The notes under the pieces are model-generated. The model was given only the letters and a program-made list of their open reading frames with translations. It was not told the DNA's origin and ran no database searches. A DNA stretch of 34,837 nt, taken from IMG/VR virus record IMGVR_UViG_3300045988_052159, positions 1-34,837 of that record. The stretch is one strand, 5' to 3'. The position numbers and the translations under genes are program-made. Shown in pieces: positions 30,787 through 34,837 of the stretch; position 1 is the stretch's first letter, and the number at the start of each line of letters is the position of its first letter. The stretch comes from a virus.

Positions 30787-33700
30787 TGGCGACAGAAATA
30801 GCACAGGCTTATGTACAATTGATACCATCGGCCAGAGGTATTACTGGTAAAATCCAATCGCTCCTCAATCCTGAAGCTAGCGCAGCAGGACAAAGTGCTG
30901 GACAGTCATTAGGTTCTAGTCTTGTTAGCGTTATGACAAAGGTTATTGCAGCGGCAGGGATTGGCAAGGCCTTTTCAGCTGCTATCAGTGAAGGTGCAGC
31001 GCTTCAGCAATCGCTCGGAGGCATCGAAACTCTTTTCAAAGGTTCTGCTGACAAGGTCAAGGGATATGCTAATGAGGCCTACAAAACAACAGGTCTCTCA
31101 GCTAATGCCTACATGGAGAACGTGACAGGCTTCTCAGCCAGTCTTTTGCAGTCTTTGGGCGGTGACACAAACAAAGCCGCTGAAACAGCTAACATGGCCA
31201 TGATTGATATGTCAGATAATGCTAACAAGATGGGTACATCGATGGAGAGCATTCAGCTGGCTTATCAAGGTTTCGCCAAACAAAACTACACAATGCTCGA
31301 CAACCTGAAACTCGGATACGGTGGTACCAAGCAGGAAATGGAGCGTCTTTTGAATGATGCTCAGAAGTTGACTGGTGTCAAGTATGACATTAACAACCTA
31401 TCAGATGTTTATAATGCTATACATGCTATCCAAGAAAATCTGGATATCACTGGTACAACTGCCAAAGAGGCGGCATCTACTTTTAGTGGTTCTTTTGAAT
31501 CTATGAAAGCAGCCGCTCAGAATGTACTTGGAAAGTTAGCGCTAGGAGAGAATATCCTACCTTCTCTGCATGCTTTGCTAAAAACAACATCTACCTTTCT
31601 CTTTGATAATTTTTTACCAATGGTTGGAAATATTTTTTCTGGCCTTGGATTGGTTCTGACTGAAGGAATTAGTCAGATTGCTTCTCAGCTTTTTGGGGAT
31701 GCTTTTGGAAGTGCAGTCTTTGATCAACTATCTCGTGTAACAGGAATCTTTGAGACCTTTTTTGACATGATTTTTGGGTCATTAAGTAAGCAGGATAACA
31801 TTGATATTCTGAATACGATTGGTTTTAGTGAGGAAGCTGCAACTCAAATCGTCAATATTGCGGATAATATCCGAGTTACTTTTGAAAATATCGGGATTGT
31901 TGCTGGTAATGTAGCAAGCATTGTTGTTGATTTTGTTGGAGATCTGTTAGGGATTAAAGACGGAGAGCAGGGAGTGAATTTGCTAGGCATTGCCTTTGAA
32001 AGTATCACAGGTTTTATCGGAGATGCCTCTGAAAGTCTTAGCAAATTTACATCTTGGTTAAAAGATTCACCTCTTGCGTTAGATGCTTTAAAATCGGCTG
32101 TCGTTGGCATTACAAGTGCTTGGGCGGGCTATAAAGCTGTTTTAACGGTAATAAAAGGAATTGAAACAATCAGGAATGCAACTCTGGCTATTACGAATGG
32201 TCTTATGCTGGCTCAGTTCGTAAGAACCGGTGCACTCACTACCGCAGAAGCGGCGAATGCGGCTGCTACAATGGGAGCAAGTGGAGCGTTCGGTATTTTC
32301 AATGCAGTATTATCTGCAAACCCTATTGGCCTAATCGTAACGGCAGTGGCAGCATTGACCGCTGGTCTTGTATGGTTCTTCACACAAACAGAAACTGGTC
32401 AGCAAATTTGGTCATCTTTTGTGGATTGGATCAAGCAGGCATGGCAGGGAATTGCTGATTTCTTTGTCGGTCTTTGGTCTGGTATCTCTGAAGGTGCTAG
32501 CACATTGTGGGATGGAGTTGTTACAGCTTGGAATGCTTACATTGAGTCTTTAAAGGCGATGTGGACTGCTGTTGTAACTTTCTTTTCTGACTTGTGGGTA
32601 AGTATTCAGGAGGCTGCATCTGTTGCATGGACAGCTATCACAACGGTAGTGATGGCTATTGTTCAACCGTTCATAGATGGATTTATGAATATTTGGAACA
32701 ATATATCAGATGGTCTTACTCAAATTTGGGAAGGGATTAAGATGATTTTTCAAGGTGTTTGGGAGTTCATCAAATCCATTTTCTTGGGCGCTATTCTGAT
32801 CATCATCGACCTTGTGACAGGGAACTTCAACCAGCTAGGAGCTGATCTTTCTCTAATTTGGGAAGGTATTCAAAATGGCATTTCTATGATATGGGAGGGG
32901 ATTAAAACATACTTCTCTGGAGTTGTAGATGCTATTGTTGGTTATGGTATTGCTGTTTTTGAAAACTTTTCTGCTGTTCTTAGTGCGATTTGGGAGTTCA
33001 TCAAGTCGACTGCTTCAGCGACTTGGGAATGGATAAAGTCTACTGTAACAAGCTTGATTACAGGTTTGGTGCAGGGAGCTCAAAATATCTGGGATGGCTT
33101 TATGAACTTCCTATCAAGTTTATGGGAAGGTATTAAGTCAACGGCAAGCAATGCTTGGAGTTCTCTAGCATCTAGTGTTCTAAACATTATCAATGGTCTC
33201 GTATCCGGGGCGCAAAATGCTTGGAACAGCATGTCTAATGCGGTATCTAATCTTGTAAGTAATGTAACTGGATTCTTCAATCAATTGTGGAATATTGATC
33301 TATTCGCAGCTGGTCAAGCAATATTGCAAGGTTTCTTGAATGGTTTGCAGTCTATGTGGTCTTCTGTAACTGACTTCGTCGGTGGTATCGCTGGTTGGAT
33401 CCGTGACCACAAGGGACCAATTGAGTATGACCGTAAACTCTTAATTCCTGCTGGTACTGCAATCATGAAAGGGTTAGACGAGGGACTGCAAGAACGGTTC
33501 AAGGGGGTCAAACAAACGGTCGGAGGTATGGCTGGTGAGATTGCGGATGTGTTTTCAGGGGATAACCTGGATCTGAACTCCTCTGCGTCTGTTACTAAAA
33601 GTCTTGAGGCGCAGTTGACTATGCCGTCGGCTCAATTTGAAGCGCATGAAAATAAAACCGTGTCTGAGATAGCGATTCTGAGAGCAAGTATGGAGAAGAT

Positions 33701-33809
33701 CCTTACTGCTATCCTTGAAAAATCGTCAGATGTCTATCTAGATAATGACATTATCTCACTCAAAACCTACGAACAACATGGTGCAATTTATGCAAGGGAG
33801 GGAATTTAA
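30786..33809 (+). CDS. Tape measure protein (1007 aa)
   Basis: The start is GTG. The N-terminal TMP motif is QAYVQLIPSARGITGKIQS. Central TM-like segments are present. A long region has Trp/Phe recurring about every 11 residues (IWEGIK, LWEGIK, AWNS...). Confidence 0.9.
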   Translation: MATEIAQAYVQLIPSARGITGKIQSLLNPEASAAGQSAGQSLGSSLVSVMTKVIAAAGIGKAFSAAISEGAALQQSLGGIETLFKGSADKVKGYANEAYKTTGLSANAYMENVTGFSASLLQSLGGDTNKAAETANMAMIDMSDNANKMGTSMESIQLAYQGFAKQNYTMLDNLKLGYGGTKQEMERLLNDAQKLTGVKYDINNLSDVYNAIHAIQENLDITGTTAKEAASTFSGSFESMKAAAQNVLGKLALGENILPSLHALLKTTSTFLFDNFLPMVGNIFSGLGLVLTEGISQIASQLFGDAFGSAVFDQLSRVTGIFETFFDMIFGSLSKQDNIDILNTIGFSEEAATQIVNIADNIRVTFENIGIVAGNVASIVVDFVGDLLGIKDGEQGVNLLGIAFESITGFIGDASESLSKFTSWLKDSPLALDALKSAVVGITSAWAGYKAVLTVIKGIETIRNATLAITNGLMLAQFVRTGALTTAEAANAAATMGASGAFGIFNAVLSANPIGLIVTAVAALTAGLVWFFTQTETGQQIWSSFVDWIKQAWQGIADFFVGLWSGISEGASTLWDGVVTAWNAYIESLKAMWTAVVTFFSDLWVSIQEAASVAWTAITTVVMAIVQPFIDGFMNIWNNISDGLTQIWEGIKMIFQGVWEFIKSIFLGAILIIIDLVTGNFNQLGADLSLIWEGIQNGISMIWEGIKTYFSGVVDAIVGYGIAVFENFSAVLSAIWEFIKSTASATWEWIKSTVTSLITGLVQGAQNIWDGFMNFLSSLWEGIKSTASNAWSSLASSVLNIINGLVSGAQNAWNSMSNAVSNLVSNVTGFFNQLWNIDLFAAGQAILQGFLNGLQSMWSSVTDFVGGIAGWIRDHKGPIEYDRKLLIPAGTAIMKGLDEGLQERFKGVKQTVGGMAGEIADVFSGDNLDLNSSASVTKSLEAQLTMPSAQFEAHENKTVSEIAILRASMEKILTAILEKSSDVYLDNDIISLKTYEQHGAIYAREGI

Positions 33810-34504
33810 TGGATTATATGATCATCAATGGTTTTAACACCTCGACCCTTCCTGGTTGTGTTGTGACAGATTTTGGGAAGGTGGAGGCTGCTAAACCGAG
33901 AGGGGAGGTAGCCAACCTTCACGGAGTCAATGGTAGTTACCGTGTATTGGACGGTTCTTTCGACAGTTACGAAAGGACCTTCATTCTTCATGTTAAAAAA
34001 ATGGTTGAGATTTCAAGTATTCTTGATAAATTTCAATCTAATGACAATGTTTTGGAGTTTAGCTATCAGCTTGGTTCATTGTTCTATGCTAATTTTGTGA
34101 CTGCTAATTTTGAGCCGTTTGGGAATCATGCTTGGAAGTTAGAAATCAAGCTAGACATGCAGCCGTTTCGCTATCAAAAAGATGTAGCGCCTGTGGTTCT
34201 TACGGCATCTGGTACAGTCAACAATCCTGGGACGATTTATTCGGAACCAATCATCGAGGTTGAGGGGGATGGTGATATCTCCCTTACTATTGGCCGTAAG
34301 ACCATGTATCTAGCGATTAAGACCAAGGCTACAATCGATTGTCGGCAAGGCAAGCAGAATATCTACAACGCTACTGGAGCGGTGCAGAACACGCTCCGGA
34401 AACGTGGGGGATTCTTAGAAATCCCGACAGGAAAAGTAGGTGTTTCCTATACTGGCACCGTTCGTAAGATTACTATTCGACCAAATTGGAGGTACAAGGT
34501 TTGA
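33809..34504 (+). CDS. Distal tail protein (Dit, 231 aa)
   Basis: The ATG overlaps the TMP stop. Size and position between the TMP and Tal genes fit Dit. Confidence 0.75.
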   Translation: MDYMIINGFNTSTLPGCVVTDFGKVEAAKPRGEVANLHGVNGSYRVLDGSFDSYERTFILHVKKMVEISSILDKFQSNDNVLEFSYQLGSLFYANFVTANFEPFGNHAWKLEIKLDMQPFRYQKDVAPVVLTASGTVNNPGTIYSEPIIEVEGDGDISLTIGRKTMYLAIKTKATIDCRQGKQNIYNATGAVQNTLRKRGGFLEIPTGKVGVSYTGTVRKITIRPNWRYKV

Positions 34505-34837
34505 TTTATTTAACAAATGGCAACACACCTCTGAATGCTGCTTATGAGGGTAGGATTGTCCAAGAAGATGGTAGCACCTACCAATTGAGCTTCCGATTTC
34601 CGACGTCGGATTCCTTATGGGAGAAGTTGAAGGAAGAGACATTCCTGACGGCTGACGATCTACACGGTGAGCAGGATTTCGTCATTTTTGAGGTTGAGAA
34701 GAAGCACGGCTATATTCAGGTCTATGCGAACCAAGTATTCACACTCTTGAATAACTATGTAGTCAATCCAATCTCTTTGGACAGACAGACTGGTTCGACT
34801 GCTCTCAGTCGTTTTGCTGGCGCGATCACTCGTAACA
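34501..34837 (+). CDS. N-terminal part of the Tal-like tail protein; continues at nt 25 after removing the 24-nt overlap
   Basis: The TTG start overlaps the Dit stop (GTTTGA). The sequence LIYLTNGNTPL...FLTADDLHGEQDFVIFEVEKKHGYIQVYANQVF is typical of the prophage tail endopeptidase/Tal N-domain. The ORF runs off the window end in frame with nt 3 onward. Confidence 0.85.
   Translation, partial: MIYLTNGNTPLNAAYEGRIVQEDGSTYQLSFRFPTSDSLWEKLKEETFLTADDLHGEQDFVIFEVEKKHGYIQVYANQVFTLLNNYVVNPISLDRQTGSTALSRFAGAITRN

Larger units (their letters stand above)
1..34837. mobile_element. Complete temperate phage genome (siphovirus-type), circularly permuted contig with 24-nt terminal overlap; unit length 34,813 bp
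   Basis: nt 1-24 are identical to nt 34814-34837. A full set of lysogeny, replication, packaging, head, tail and lysis modules is present. Lysin, attP and integrase are adjacent with no host flanks. Confidence 0.9.

Noticed and set aside
1-34837. Looked for reverse transcriptase (retron or DGR), Cas genes, CRISPR arrays, rRNA or full tRNA genes, transposases and toxin-antitoxin pairs other than the MuF candidate
   Set aside because: No matching motifs (YxDD, RuvC/HNH Cas-type, DDE) or spaced repeat arrays were seen on either strand.

Overview
The window is one complete, circularly permuted temperate siphovirus genome. Its unit length is 34,813 bp, because nt 1-24 are repeated exactly at nt 34814-34837. 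The host is probably a mitis-group Streptococcus, judged from a LytA-like amidase with choline-binding repeats. Lysin, attP and integrase are contiguous and there are no host flanks, so this is the excised or replicative form. Going round the circle: a Tal/tail-fibre gene that spans the junction, two holins and the lysin, then attP with a tRNA/tmRNA-like 3' end and arm-type repeats. A minus-strand lysogeny operon follows (integrase, a membrane-anchored HIRAN protein, ImmA protease, XRE repressor), then a divergent switch region and two paralogous Cro-like genes bracketing a roughly 1.2-kb cassette that contains an antisense membrane/coiled-coil gene. The replication module holds DnaB, a replisome organizer with internal ori-like repeats, a DnaC-like loader, a minimal C5-methyltransferase-like protein and SSB. 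After a run of small unknown ORFs come ArpU with five 11-bp-phased repeats, a catalytic-domain-only tyrosine recombinase with nested inverted repeats, and an HNH endonuclease next to a GC-rich palindromic island. The morphogenesis module has an atypical order: portal, MuF with an extra C-terminal domain, a small zinc-ribbon gene, then terL, with no recognisable terS. It is followed by scaffold, capsid, connectors, major tail protein, frameshifted chaperones, tape measure and Dit. The best candidates for undescribed biology are the HIRAN membrane protein in the repressor operon, the MuF C-terminal domain with its overlapping small gene, the small recombinase with its inverted repeats, and the duplicated Cro cassette with its antisense gene. 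All domain calls come from motif recognition by eye; no searches were run.
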